DNA of 24,000 nt from an uncultured Verrucomicrobiota bacterium. GTDB lineage: Bacteria; Verrucomicrobiota; Verrucomicrobiia; Palsa-1439. The position numbers were made by a program, and so were the translations under genes. Below, piece after piece: positions 7,498 through 16,028 of the stretch; position 1 is the first letter of the stretch; the number at the start of each line of letters is the position of its first letter. Below the pieces are notes generated by a model. The model was not told where the DNA came from. It did not search any database and saw only the letters and a program-made list of their open reading frames with translations. The DNA is taken from assembly GCA_964541945.1 (NCBI GenBank), contig CAZISE010000012.1, forward strand, positions 10,464-34,463, in the 5' to 3' direction.

Positions 7498-9744
7498 ATG
7501 AAATTTACCTACAACTGGCTCAAACAATATGTGGATTTCGACTGGACGCCCCAGGAACTGGCGGAACGCCTGACGTTTGCCGGCATCGAGGTCGAAGACG
7601 TCCAATCGCTCGGCGGAAACATACCGCCGCAGGTCGTCGTCGCCCAGATTCTCTCCAGCGAAAAACACCCCAATGCCGACAAACTTTCCGTTTGCCGCGT
7701 CACCGACGGCAGTATCGAGCGCCAGATTGTTTGCGGTGCAAAAAACTACAAGGTCGGCGACAAAGTGCCGCTGGCCCTGCCGGGCGCGACAATGGCAGCG
7801 GGGTTTACCATCAAGGAATCCAAACTTCGCGGCATTGTATCGCAGGGTATGATGTGCTCGGCGGAGGAACTCGGCCTGCCCAAGGGCGAAGACGGCCTGC
7901 TGATCCTGCCCGCAGACGCGCCGCTGGGCAAAAAGTTTGCCGAATACCTCGGTGCAGGCGACACGGTGTTCGACATCGAGGTGACCCCCAACCGGCCCGA
8001 CTGGTTGAGCGTGATCGGCATTGCCCGCGAAGTGGCGGCACTGACCGGTAACCCGCTGCGGCTGCCCGAAATTCGCCTGACAGAGGACGGCGGCGCTGTG
8101 GAAACGCTTGCCCGCGTGCGCGTGGATGCGCCGGAGCTTTGCCCGCGCTACACGGCACGAATCATCTGCGACGTGAAAATCGGCCCGTCGCCCGCCTGGT
8201 TGCGACAGATTTTGGAGAAGGTCGGCCTGCGCTCGATCAACAACGTCGTGGACGTGACCAACTACGTGTTGATGGAGTGCGGGCATCCGTTGCATGCGTT
8301 TGACTACAACCTGCTGCGGAGCCACCAAATCATTGTGCGCCGCGCCGAGAACGGCGAGCAGTATGAGGCCATTGATGGCAGCCGACACGAACTGACTGCG
8401 GAAATGCTGGTCATTGCCGATGCGGAACGCCCGGTTGCCCTGGCTGGCATCATGGGAGGCAAAAACAGCGAGATCAACGACGCCACAACCAACGTGCTCC
8501 TGGAAGCGGCGTATTTCAGCCCGCCAAACATTCGTCGAACATCAAAACAGCTCGGATTGGCCAGCGATTCCAGCTACCGGTTCGAGCGCGGAACCGACAT
8601 CGAAGGCCTGGTTTGGGCAAGCCAACGGGCGGCCTCGTTGATCCAGCAATTGGCTGGCGGACACGTGGCGCAGGGAATGATAGATGTGCTGGCAAAACCG
8701 ATCCAGCGACGAAGGGTAAATTGCCGCTATGCCCAGGTCAATCGCCTGCTCGGCATCGAAGTGCCGGCGGCAACGGTCAAAAAGATTTTTGTCAGCCTCG
8801 GCATGTCTGTAAGCCGGGAAGACGCCGACAGTTGCGAGGTGGAGGCGCCGAGCTTTCGGGTGGACGTGGAACGGGAAGCGGACCTGATCGAGGAGGTTTG
8901 TCGGATTTACGGTGTCGAAAAAATTCCCGCCACCATGTTGCCGGCGACGGTGCAGGTGTCGGCGTTCGACGCGCAATGGGACTCGCGGCAAAAGGTCCGA
9001 CGCATTTTGACGGCGCTCGGTTTTCACGAGGCCATGAACCAGACGATGGTACAGGAGGGGAACTTAAAATTGCAGAATCCGTTGACATCAGAGATGTCGG
9101 CGCTGCGCGACAGTCTGGTACCCGGTTTGATGGCGAACGTGCGAACCAATGTGTCCCGACACGAGTACGATGTGAAGTTGTTCGAGATCGGCAGAGTGTT
9201 TGCGGCGGACGGAACGGAGAAATGGAAGCTGGCCCTGGCAGCAACGGGTCGCCGCACACCGGGAGACTGGGAACGAACGGAAAAGGTGGATTATTTTGAT
9301 TTGAAGGGGGCGCTGGAGGAACTGGGTGTCACGGCCGAAATACGCGAAATCCCCGTGGTACAGGCACGGAAAATGGGGTTGCGCGACGCGGTCTATGTGG
9401 CGGAACTTGACCTGCCGACGGCAGGCCGCGAGGAAAAGCAATACCGTGAGTTGCCCCGTTTTCCTGCGGTCGTGCGGGACATGGCGCTGATCGTGGCAGA
9501 GGAGGTTCGCCATGCGGACGTAATGGCCGCCATTGAAAAAAACCGAAGCAAATACTTGGAAGAAGTGCAATTGTTTGATATTTTCCGTGGTGGACAGATT
9601 CCCACGGGGAAAAAGTCCATGGCGTACTCGTTGCGATTCCGCGCCCCGGACAGAACGCTGACGGACGCGGAAGTCAACGCGGCGCATGAACAGATCAAAC
9701 GGCAACTGCAACAGATGTTGCCGTGTGAAATACGCGAAAGCTGA
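7498..9744 (+). CDS. pheT: Phenylalanine--tRNA ligase beta subunit
   Basis: Begins MKFTYNWLKQYVD, followed by a tRNA-binding domain (HPNADKLSVCRVTDG), B3/4 and B5 regions and a C-terminal FDIFRG...KSMAYSLRF anticodon-binding-like domain. Confidence 0.97.
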   Translation: MKFTYNWLKQYVDFDWTPQELAERLTFAGIEVEDVQSLGGNIPPQVVVAQILSSEKHPNADKLSVCRVTDGSIERQIVCGAKNYKVGDKVPLALPGATMAAGFTIKESKLRGIVSQGMMCSAEELGLPKGEDGLLILPADAPLGKKFAEYLGAGDTVFDIEVTPNRPDWLSVIGIAREVAALTGNPLRLPEIRLTEDGGAVETLARVRVDAPELCPRYTARIICDVKIGPSPAWLRQILEKVGLRSINNVVDVTNYVLMECGHPLHAFDYNLLRSHQIIVRRAENGEQYEAIDGSRHELTAEMLVIADAERPVALAGIMGGKNSEINDATTNVLLEAAYFSPPNIRRTSKQLGLASDSSYRFERGTDIEGLVWASQRAASLIQQLAGGHVAQGMIDVLAKPIQRRRVNCRYAQVNRLLGIEVPAATVKKIFVSLGMSVSREDADSCEVEAPSFRVDVEREADLIEEVCRIYGVEKIPATMLPATVQVSAFDAQWDSRQKVRRILTALGFHEAMNQTMVQEGNLKLQNPLTSEMSALRDSLVPGLMANVRTNVSRHEYDVKLFEIGRVFAADGTEKWKLALAATGRRTPGDWERTEKVDYFDLKGALEELGVTAEIREIPVVQARKMGLRDAVYVAELDLPTAGREEKQYRELPRFPAVVRDMALIVAEEVRHADVMAAIEKNRSKYLEEVQLFDIFRGGQIPTGKKSMAYSLRFRAPDRTLTDAEVNAAHEQIKRQLQQMLPCEIRES

Positions 9745-10084
9745 CAGGTAGAGGCAGGGTTGAGTAGAAATTGAACGTCATGAAGACGCAAAACCGCTTG
9801 CAGAGAAGGGGGGAGTTGGATTATAGGTGTAGTGGGACGAGAGAAAAGAGTCCCGACGGTTCTTTGGAAGTATGGCTATTGCGAAATACCCTGCCATGTT
9901 CGTGAACAACGAAGTTTCTTTGAGCCAACACCGGTTGTAAACGGAGCTCGGAGTTCGGTTGCCAGCGGCACACCCCGCAAGGGGCAGCCAGAAAACAGCC
10001 GACAGAGCGTCCCCTTTGATAAGGGGTTCAAAGACATCGTTCAAACGGCATTACGGCGGGGTATTTCCTTTCCCTCTACCTCAG
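9741..10084 (+). ncRNA. Candidate structured non-coding RNA (family not identified). A degenerate MITE is the alternative reading.
   Basis: The largest intergenic gap on this train, about 366 nt, is visibly less GC-rich and lacks coding-like third positions. It has five local hairpins, two capped by + strand GNRA tetraloops (GCGA 9881-9884, GCAA 9977-9980). Nested long-range pairings are 9741-9744/10081-10084, 9747-9754/10073-10080, 9767-9770/10064-10067, 9771-9777/10038-10044 and 9785-9789/10007-10011. Confidence 0.3.
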
Positions 10085-10110
10085 TCGGCCGACAACACCG
10101 CAATGCGGTC

Positions 10111-11433
10111 ATGACTGAGAACCTATTCAGCCAAAAAACAACGGCACCCGCCCCCCCGGCGGCGGAACAACCCCATCCTGCCCCGCCCGCCCCTCTTGCC
10201 ACGCGGATGCGTCCGCAAACACTCGAAGAGTTTGTCGGCCAACAACACATCCTCGCCCCCGGTAAACTCCTCTGGCGCGCCATCAAAGCCGACCGAATCA
10301 GCTCCATCATCCTCTACGGACCGCCCGGCACCGGCAAGACCTCGCTGGCCCAAATCATCGCCAACGCCACCCAGTGCCGTTTCGAACGACTCAGCGGTGT
10401 CGAGTCCAACGTCGCCGACATCCGCCGCGTCATCGCTGGCGCCGCCAATCGCCTCGCCAACACCGGACAACGCACCATCCTGTTCATTGACGAAATCCAT
10501 CGCTTCAACAAGGCCCAACAGGATGTCCTGCTGCCGGATGTCGAGAACGGTACCATCCGACTCATCGGCGCAACCACCCACAACCCGTTCTTTTACGTCA
10601 ACTCCCCGCTCGTCTCCCGCTCGCAAATCTTCCAACTCAAACCGCTCTCGCCCGAAGACATTGTCACTCTGCTGCGACGCGGCCTGCGCGAACTGAAGGC
10701 GGAAGCCACTGAAGAAGCGCTGGTATTCCTGGCCACCGCTTGCGACGGCGACGCCCGCAAAGCACTCAACGCGCTGGAAATCGCCGCCCTGACCACGCCC
10801 GGCGCCCGTATCACTAGGGACATCGCCGAGGAGTCCATCCAGAAAAAAGCCGTTGTCTATGATGCCGACGAAGACGAGCATTACGACACCATTTCCGCCT
10901 TTATCAAATCCATGCGCGGCAGCGACCCCGACGCCGCGCTTTACTGGCTGGCCAAAATGATCGTCGCCGGCGAAGACCCGCGTTTTATTGCCCGCCGCCT
11001 CTGCATTCTTGCGGCGGAAGACATCGGTCTGGCCGACCCGATGGCGCTGGTGGTGGCGGTGGCGGCGCATCATGCGGTCGAGTTCATCGGATTACCCGAA
11101 GGCGAGCTACCACTGGCCGAAGCAACGGTGTATTGCGCGACGGCACCCAAGTCCAACGCCAGCGCCAAAGGCATCTGGGATGCGAAAGCGGATATCGAGC
11201 AGGGAAGAACATTGCCAGTGCCGGAACCTTTGAAAGACGCTCATTACAAGGGCGCCCAGCGGCTCGGTCACGGCAAAGGATACAAGTATGCCCACGATTT
11301 CGAGGGACACATCGTCGCGCAGGAGTACGTGCCCACCACCAAAAAATACTACGAACCGAGCGACCAGGGGTTTGAATTGAAGGTCCGCGAACGGATGGAG
11401 AAGTGGAAACAACAACTCCAAAAGCAAAAATAG
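10111..11433 (+). CDS. rarA: Replication-associated recombination protein A (AAA+ ATPase RarA/MgsA)
   Basis: Contains PLATRMRPQTLEEFVGQQH, Walker A GPPGTGKTS, Walker B ILFIDEIHRFNK and the C-terminal MgsA domain (DEHYDTISAFIKSMRGSDPDAALYWLA, HYKGAQRLGHGKGYKYAH). The ATG at 10111 gives an N-terminus of normal length. The open frame back to 9832 looks non-coding. Confidence 0.93.
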   Translation: MTENLFSQKTTAPAPPAAEQPHPAPPAPLATRMRPQTLEEFVGQQHILAPGKLLWRAIKADRISSIILYGPPGTGKTSLAQIIANATQCRFERLSGVESNVADIRRVIAGAANRLANTGQRTILFIDEIHRFNKAQQDVLLPDVENGTIRLIGATTHNPFFYVNSPLVSRSQIFQLKPLSPEDIVTLLRRGLRELKAEATEEALVFLATACDGDARKALNALEIAALTTPGARITRDIAEESIQKKAVVYDADEDEHYDTISAFIKSMRGSDPDAALYWLAKMIVAGEDPRFIARRLCILAAEDIGLADPMALVVAVAAHHAVEFIGLPEGELPLAEATVYCATAPKSNASAKGIWDAKADIEQGRTLPVPEPLKDAHYKGAQRLGHGKGYKYAHDFEGHIVAQEYVPTTKKYYEPSDQGFELKVRERMEKWKQQLQKQK

Positions 11434-11993
11434 AACTGCGACAACGGATGCGCGCGCAGTTGGCTGCGTTGACGCCGGGCGAAGCGCATGCCCGGAGCAT
11501 TCCGCTTTGTCATCGCGCGGCGGCGTTGCATGAAGTGGCCGCGGGAGAATGGGTGATGGGATTTGTCTCGTTTGGGAACGAGGTGCACACCCACGAGCTG
11601 TTGCGATCCCTGCTGGCGGAGGGACGGCATGTGTGTGTGCCGAGTTTCGACCCGGTGGGACAACGTTATATTTGCTCGGAACTGAAACATTTTGACCTCG
11701 ATTTGCGGGAGGGAAAGTTGGGGATTCTGGAACCGCGGCATGAGATGGTTCGCCCGGTTCCCGCAGAAAGGTTGGATGTCTGGCTGGTGCCCGGCCTGGC
11801 ATTCGACAGACAGGGAAATCGGCTGGGCCGGGGGATGGGGTATTTCGACCGCCTTTTGCAGGGAGGGCGCGGCGTCAAGATCGGACTGGCCTATGATTTC
11901 CAAGTGGTAAACAAGGTCCCGGCAGAACGGCACGACGTGCGCATGGACCTTGTTGTAACCGAAACCGAAGTAGTGCACTGCAAAAAGGACTGA
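11403..11993 (+). CDS. 5-formyltetrahydrofolate cyclo-ligase
   Basis: Has the N-terminal K-x-x-LR motif region (KIELRQRMRAQLAAL) and the signature LVPGLAFDRQGNRLGRGMGYFDR. I propose a GTG start at 11403, which overlaps the rarA end by 31 nt. The ATG at 11448 would remove the conserved N-terminal motif. Confidence 0.88.
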   Translation: METTTPKAKIELRQRMRAQLAALTPGEAHARSIPLCHRAAALHEVAAGEWVMGFVSFGNEVHTHELLRSLLAEGRHVCVPSFDPVGQRYICSELKHFDLDLREGKLGILEPRHEMVRPVPAERLDVWLVPGLAFDRQGNRLGRGMGYFDRLLQGGRGVKIGLAYDFQVVNKVPAERHDVRMDLVVTETEVVHCKKD

Positions 11994-11996
11994 TCA

Positions 11997-13538
11997 ATGA
12001 ACGAGATCATCATCGGCCTCGTCGCGTTGCTGTTGGGCACAGCGCTCGGCTGGGGTCTGTTCTTCCTTCACGCGCGCCGCCAACAACGGCAGGCAGGGAA
12101 CCTGTTGGAGGCCACGCGAGCGGAGGCTCAAAACATCTTGCGCGACGCGCGCGCCGCAGCGCAGGAACACACCCTGAAGGCGCGAGAAGCGGTGGATCGC
12201 GAGATCCGGGAACGACGACAGGAGTTGTCGGAAAACGAACGGCGCGTTGCCCAGCGCGAAGCGAATCTGGACCGCAAAATGGAACTACTCGACCGCAAGA
12301 CCGAAGAGACCCTGAAAAAGGAACTCGCCATGGTCGAACGCGAGCGGGAACTGCACAAGTTGCAGGGGGAACTGGACGAACTGAAACGACTCTCCCGCGA
12401 GGAACTACAACGAATCGCCGGACTGACGGCCGAACAGGCAAAAACCATGTTGCTGCAGGAATTGGAAAAGGAACTGAAAGGCGACGCGGAGGCGTTGACC
12501 CGCCACATCATGGAGGAAGCGCGAGAAAATGCCGAGCGCGAAGCGCGTCGGGTGATTGGCATCGCGGTGGAACGCTGCGCCTCCAATCATGTGCAAACAT
12601 TGACAAGCTGCACGATCACCCTGCCGAGCGAGGAGATGAAAGGGCGCATCATCGGACGCGAGGGCCGCAACATCCGCGCGTTTGAGGCGGCCACCGGTAT
12701 CAATGTCCTGATTGACGACACCCCACAAACCGTCGTGCTCAGCGGTTTTGACCCGGTGCGACGGGAACTGGCGCGGATCACCCTGGAACGCCTGGTGCTC
12801 GACGGGCGGATCAACCCCGCTCGAATCGAGGAGGAAGTGGCCAAAGTGCAGGGGGAATTGGAAGAAACAATCCGAAAAGCAGGCGAAGAAGCCGTGGCGC
12901 GAGCAGGAGTCGTGGGCGTGTCGCCGGAAATCGTGCGGATGTTGGGCCGACTGAAGTTCCGCCACAGCTACGCGCAAAACGTGCTCGACCACTCGGTGGA
13001 AGTGGCCCAGGTGGCGGGAATGATTGCCGCGGAAATGGGGTTGAACCCGCAACCGGTCAAACGGGCAGGGTTGTTTCACGACATCGGCAAGGCGCTCGAC
13101 CACGAGGTGGAAGGCTCTCATGCGGTGATCGGGGCAAATTTCCTCAAAAAATGCGGGGAAACCGAAGACGTCTGCCAAGCCGTTGCCTCTCATCACCACG
13201 AAAGTGAGCCGCAAAACATCTACGGCGTTCTCATTGCCGCCGCCGACGCCATCAGCGCCTCCCGCCCCGGCGCTCGCAGCGAAAGCATGGAATTGTACGT
13301 CCAACGCCTGGAAAAACTCGAAGCTCTCGCCAACAGCTTCCCCGGCGTGGAACGCAGCTACGCCCTCCAGGCCGGGCGCGAAATTCGCGTGCTGGTCCAA
13401 CCCGACAAGGTCAACGACGGCGAAGCGCTCGAACTGGCCCGCCAGATTGCCAGAAAAATCGAACAGGAACTCCAGTACCCCGGCCAGATCAAGGTCACTA
13501 TTGTCCGCGAAACCCGCGTCGTGGAGTACGCCAAATGA
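11997..13538 (+). CDS. rny: Ribonuclease Y
   Basis: Has an N-terminal transmembrane helix, a long charged coiled coil, a KH domain (KGRIIGREGRNIRAFE), an HD domain (GLFHDIGKA ... ASHH) and a typical C-terminus IKVTIVRETRVVEYAK. Confidence 0.96.
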   Translation: MNEIIIGLVALLLGTALGWGLFFLHARRQQRQAGNLLEATRAEAQNILRDARAAAQEHTLKAREAVDREIRERRQELSENERRVAQREANLDRKMELLDRKTEETLKKELAMVERERELHKLQGELDELKRLSREELQRIAGLTAEQAKTMLLQELEKELKGDAEALTRHIMEEARENAEREARRVIGIAVERCASNHVQTLTSCTITLPSEEMKGRIIGREGRNIRAFEAATGINVLIDDTPQTVVLSGFDPVRRELARITLERLVLDGRINPARIEEEVAKVQGELEETIRKAGEEAVARAGVVGVSPEIVRMLGRLKFRHSYAQNVLDHSVEVAQVAGMIAAEMGLNPQPVKRAGLFHDIGKALDHEVEGSHAVIGANFLKKCGETEDVCQAVASHHHESEPQNIYGVLIAAADAISASRPGARSESMELYVQRLEKLEALANSFPGVERSYALQAGREIRVLVQPDKVNDGEALELARQIARKIEQELQYPGQIKVTIVRETRVVEYAK

Positions 13539-14299
13539 AGATTCTTTTCATCGGCGACATCGTGGGCAGTCCCGGGCGACAAGCGGTGGCGCGCGTCGTT
13601 CCCCGCTTGCGTCAGGAGCGCGGCATCGAGTTCGTTGTGGCCAACGGCGAAAACAGCGCGCATGGCGCAGGGTTGACCGAGGCCACGGTGGAGGCGCTGT
13701 TGGGTTCCGGCGTGGACGTTATCACCGCCGGCGACCACGTGTGGGACCAAAAAGGATTCGAGAAGTTCATCGAACTCGAACCGCGCGCGCTCCGTCCATT
13801 GAATCTGGCGCCCGGCGCGCCGGGGCGTGGTTCGGTTGTCGTCAACGGCGTGGGCGTCATCAACCTGGTGGGGCGCGTGTACATGCCGGCGTGCGATTGC
13901 CCATTCCGCGCGGCGCAAACCGAGGTGGCCCGGTTGCGCCAACAGTCGAAAATCATCGTGGTAGACCTTCATGCGGAGGCCACCAGCGAGAAAATGGCGA
14001 TGGGCTGGTTCCTCGACGGACAGGTCAGTGCCGTCATTGGTACCCATACCCACGTGCCGACCGCCGACGAGCAGATTTTGCCAAACGGCACCGCCTATAT
14101 CAGTGACGTGGGCATGACCGGACCACATGACTCCGTGCTGGGACGCGACAAACAGGCGGTCATCCGCCGCTTCCTGACTCAGATGCCGCAACGACTGGAA
14201 GTCGCCACGGGCAACCCGATCCTCCACGGCGTCATCGTGGAAGCCGACGAACAGACGGGACTGGCTCGAAGCATCGAACGCATCCGTGTGCCGTCATGA
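13535..14299 (+). CDS. ymdB: YmdB-type metallophosphoesterase (2',3'-cyclic-nucleotide 2'-phosphodiesterase family, TIGR00282-like)
   Basis: Contains MKILFIGDIVGSPGR, ANGENSAHGAGL, GDHVWD and GTHTHVPTAD. It has an ATGA overlap with rny, and the rny-ymdB adjacency is known from Bacillus subtilis. Confidence 0.93.
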   Translation: MKILFIGDIVGSPGRQAVARVVPRLRQERGIEFVVANGENSAHGAGLTEATVEALLGSGVDVITAGDHVWDQKGFEKFIELEPRALRPLNLAPGAPGRGSVVVNGVGVINLVGRVYMPACDCPFRAAQTEVARLRQQSKIIVVDLHAEATSEKMAMGWFLDGQVSAVIGTHTHVPTADEQILPNGTAYISDVGMTGPHDSVLGRDKQAVIRRFLTQMPQRLEVATGNPILHGVIVEADEQTGLARSIERIRVPS

Positions 14300-15423
14300 T
14301 TTTGCGGGCAAAGTATGTGTTGCCCATGGACGGCCCGCCGCTGGAGAACGGCGCGGTGTCGGTGGACGGCGACTGCGTCACGGCATTGTCCCGCGCCAAG
14401 GGACATGCCGACCTCGATCTGGGTGAGGCGGTGTTGTTTCCCGGCCTGATCAACGCGCATTGTCATCTGGACTACACGAACATGCGCGGATTGACGCCGT
14501 ACCGCGGCGATTTCCTTGACTGGATTTTGCGCGTGACGGCGTTGAAGAAACAATGGAGCGACGAGCACTACATCGCCTCCATCAACAGAGGCCTGGCCGA
14601 ACTTGCCGCCAGCGACACGACAACCGTCGTCAACATCGAATGTTTCCCCCAATTAGTGAATCATCTTGCGCCCTCGCCGTTGCGGGTCTGGTGGTGCGTG
14701 GAACTGCTCGACCTGACCTGGGGCGAACCGTCGCGCCACCTCCTGCAAGAGGCAACCCGTTGGTTGGAATCCCAAGCTCATGGCGGCCTGGCGCCGCACG
14801 CGCCGTACACCACCAGCATGCCATTGTACCGGCTGGCCGCGCGCGTTGCCCGAACACACGGCTGGCTGTTGACCACGCATCTGGCCGAGTCACGCGAAGA
14901 AGACGATATGTTCCGACGACAACGCGGCCCGATGTGGGAGCGTTACCACCGTGAACCGGTGTCGCTCCAGGAACTGAGCATTCTGGGACCAACTTGCCTT
15001 TTGGCCCACGCCAACTTCATCACTGATACCGAAGCCGACGCGATCGGGCGGTCCGGCGCCAGCATCGCGCATTGCCCGCGCTCCCACCGCTTTTTCGGGA
15101 GGGAACCCGCTCCGTGGGATTTGTGGCGGCGCCACGGCATCAACGTCTGCCTGGGCACCGACAGTCTGGCCAGCAACGACTCGCTGGACCTGCGGGCCGA
15201 GATGCGGTTGTTGACGCGGTTCCCGCCACGGGAGGTCCTGGCCATGGCGACGGTCAACGCGGCACGGGCGTTGAATTGTGAGGGGAAACTTGGCACAATA
15301 ACCATTGGCAGCCGGGCCGACCTGGTTGCCGTGCCGCTGGACGGCGACCCGTATGAGTCGGTGGCATGTTCCGAGAAGCCGGTCTGCTTCTCGATGGTCG
15401 GCGGAAAGGTGCTGTTGCAATGA
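14296..15423 (+). CDS. Amidohydrolase family protein (metal-dependent deaminase/chlorohydrolase-like; possibly aminodeoxyfutalosine deaminase-like)
   Basis: Has the metal-binding motif GLINAHCHLDYT, later HLAES and GTDSLASN, and the amidohydrolase TIM-barrel order. The specific substrate cannot be told from sequence alone. Confidence 0.82.
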   Translation: MILRAKYVLPMDGPPLENGAVSVDGDCVTALSRAKGHADLDLGEAVLFPGLINAHCHLDYTNMRGLTPYRGDFLDWILRVTALKKQWSDEHYIASINRGLAELAASDTTTVVNIECFPQLVNHLAPSPLRVWWCVELLDLTWGEPSRHLLQEATRWLESQAHGGLAPHAPYTTSMPLYRLAARVARTHGWLLTTHLAESREEDDMFRRQRGPMWERYHREPVSLQELSILGPTCLLAHANFITDTEADAIGRSGASIAHCPRSHRFFGREPAPWDLWRRHGINVCLGTDSLASNDSLDLRAEMRLLTRFPPREVLAMATVNAARALNCEGKLGTITIGSRADLVAVPLDGDPYESVACSEKPVCFSMVGGKVLLQ

Positions 15424-16028
15424 AACATGTGGCGCTGATCGTGGGAACATGGTTGCTGTGCGGGAGTCTGAACGCGGCGGTGCAGGAGGACCCGACGGCA
15501 AAGCCCAAATACACCCAGGAACATCTCGACAGCCTGTTTCAACAGGCGGTGATGCTTTCGCAGGTCGGTCTGTACGACGAAGCGGAGGCTCGTTGCAAAA
15601 CGATCCTCTCCCAAATGCCCGACCAACCGACGGTGAAAAAACTGCTCCAGGACATCCAGGAGAAAAAAAGACTCTCCCAAAAACAGGACCCGTCGGCAGA
15701 ACTGAAGAAGGAACTGGAAAAGGAACTGAAAACAATCATCCTGCCCGAAGTGAATTTCCGCGAGGCGGCCGTCGCCGACGTGATCGCCTACCTGCGAGCG
15801 GAAAGCAAAAAATACACAAAAGACAAAAATGAAATCAATTTCGTCCTGATCCTGCCCGAAGGAAAAACCCCAACGGTGACCCTGTCGCTGCGGAACATCC
15901 CCATGATAGAAGTGCTCCGTTATCTCACGGTACTGACCGGCCTCCAATGCCAGGTGGACCCCCATGCCGTGGTGCTTTCCCCGCCATTGAAACTCGCCCC
16001 TGCCAAATCGAATGCCAGCGCTCCGTGA
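15420..16028 (+). CDS. Secreted hypothetical protein with helical N-terminal part and STN/secretin-N0-like C-terminal domain
   Basis: The ATG at 15420 overlaps the upstream stop (ATGA). It has a signal peptide MKHVALIVGTWLLCGSLNAA, and its C-terminal pattern ILPEVNFREAAVADVIAYLR...VTLSLRNIPMIEVLRYLTVLTGL resembles STN-type domains. The function is unknown. Confidence 0.65.
   Translation: MKHVALIVGTWLLCGSLNAAVQEDPTAKPKYTQEHLDSLFQQAVMLSQVGLYDEAEARCKTILSQMPDQPTVKKLLQDIQEKKRLSQKQDPSAELKKELEKELKTIILPEVNFREAAVADVIAYLRAESKKYTKDKNEINFVLILPEGKTPTVTLSLRNIPMIEVLRYLTVLTGLQCQVDPHAVVLSPPLKLAPAKSNASAP

Noticed and set aside
6002-8388. Two very long minus-strand ORFs (6002..7372, 456 aa; 7369..8388, 339 aa), with similar ones at 14943..16031, 12405..13400, 10123..11073, 4790..5698 and 13358..14227.
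   Set aside because: They lie exactly antisense to well-supported + strand genes (GNAT, SGNH, pheT, bioF region, rny, rarA, pheS, ymdB). Their translations are Arg/Gly/Pro/His-rich low-complexity sequence with no recognisable motifs. This is the usual shadow-ORF artefact of high-GC coding DNA.
9741-10084. Assigning the pheT-rarA island to a known RNA family (RNase P, tmRNA, SRP RNA, 6S RNA, or a cobalamin or c-di-GMP riboswitch).
   Set aside because: I could not find any of the following on either strand: the RNase P GAGGAAAGTCC core, a tmRNA acceptor/T-arm or tag ORF, the SRP GGAAGCAGCC helix-8 motif, or riboswitch cores. A 6S-like fold cannot be confirmed by hand. The island is therefore reported only as an unclassified candidate.
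9832-10110. An in-frame N-terminal extension of rarA (the listed ORF starts at 9832).
   Set aside because: The region is less GC-rich and lacks the third-position GC bias of the neighbouring genes. It has no similarity to RarA N-termini and is full of hairpins. The ATG at 10111 gives a normal-length N-terminus before PLATRMRP.
15655-15675. Homopolymer runs (A7 in the secreted-protein gene near 15663; T7 in the GT39 gene near 23763) as possible slip-strand contingency sites.
   Set aside because: Runs of 7 are too short to imply phase variation and are compatible with ordinary Lys or Phe codons.
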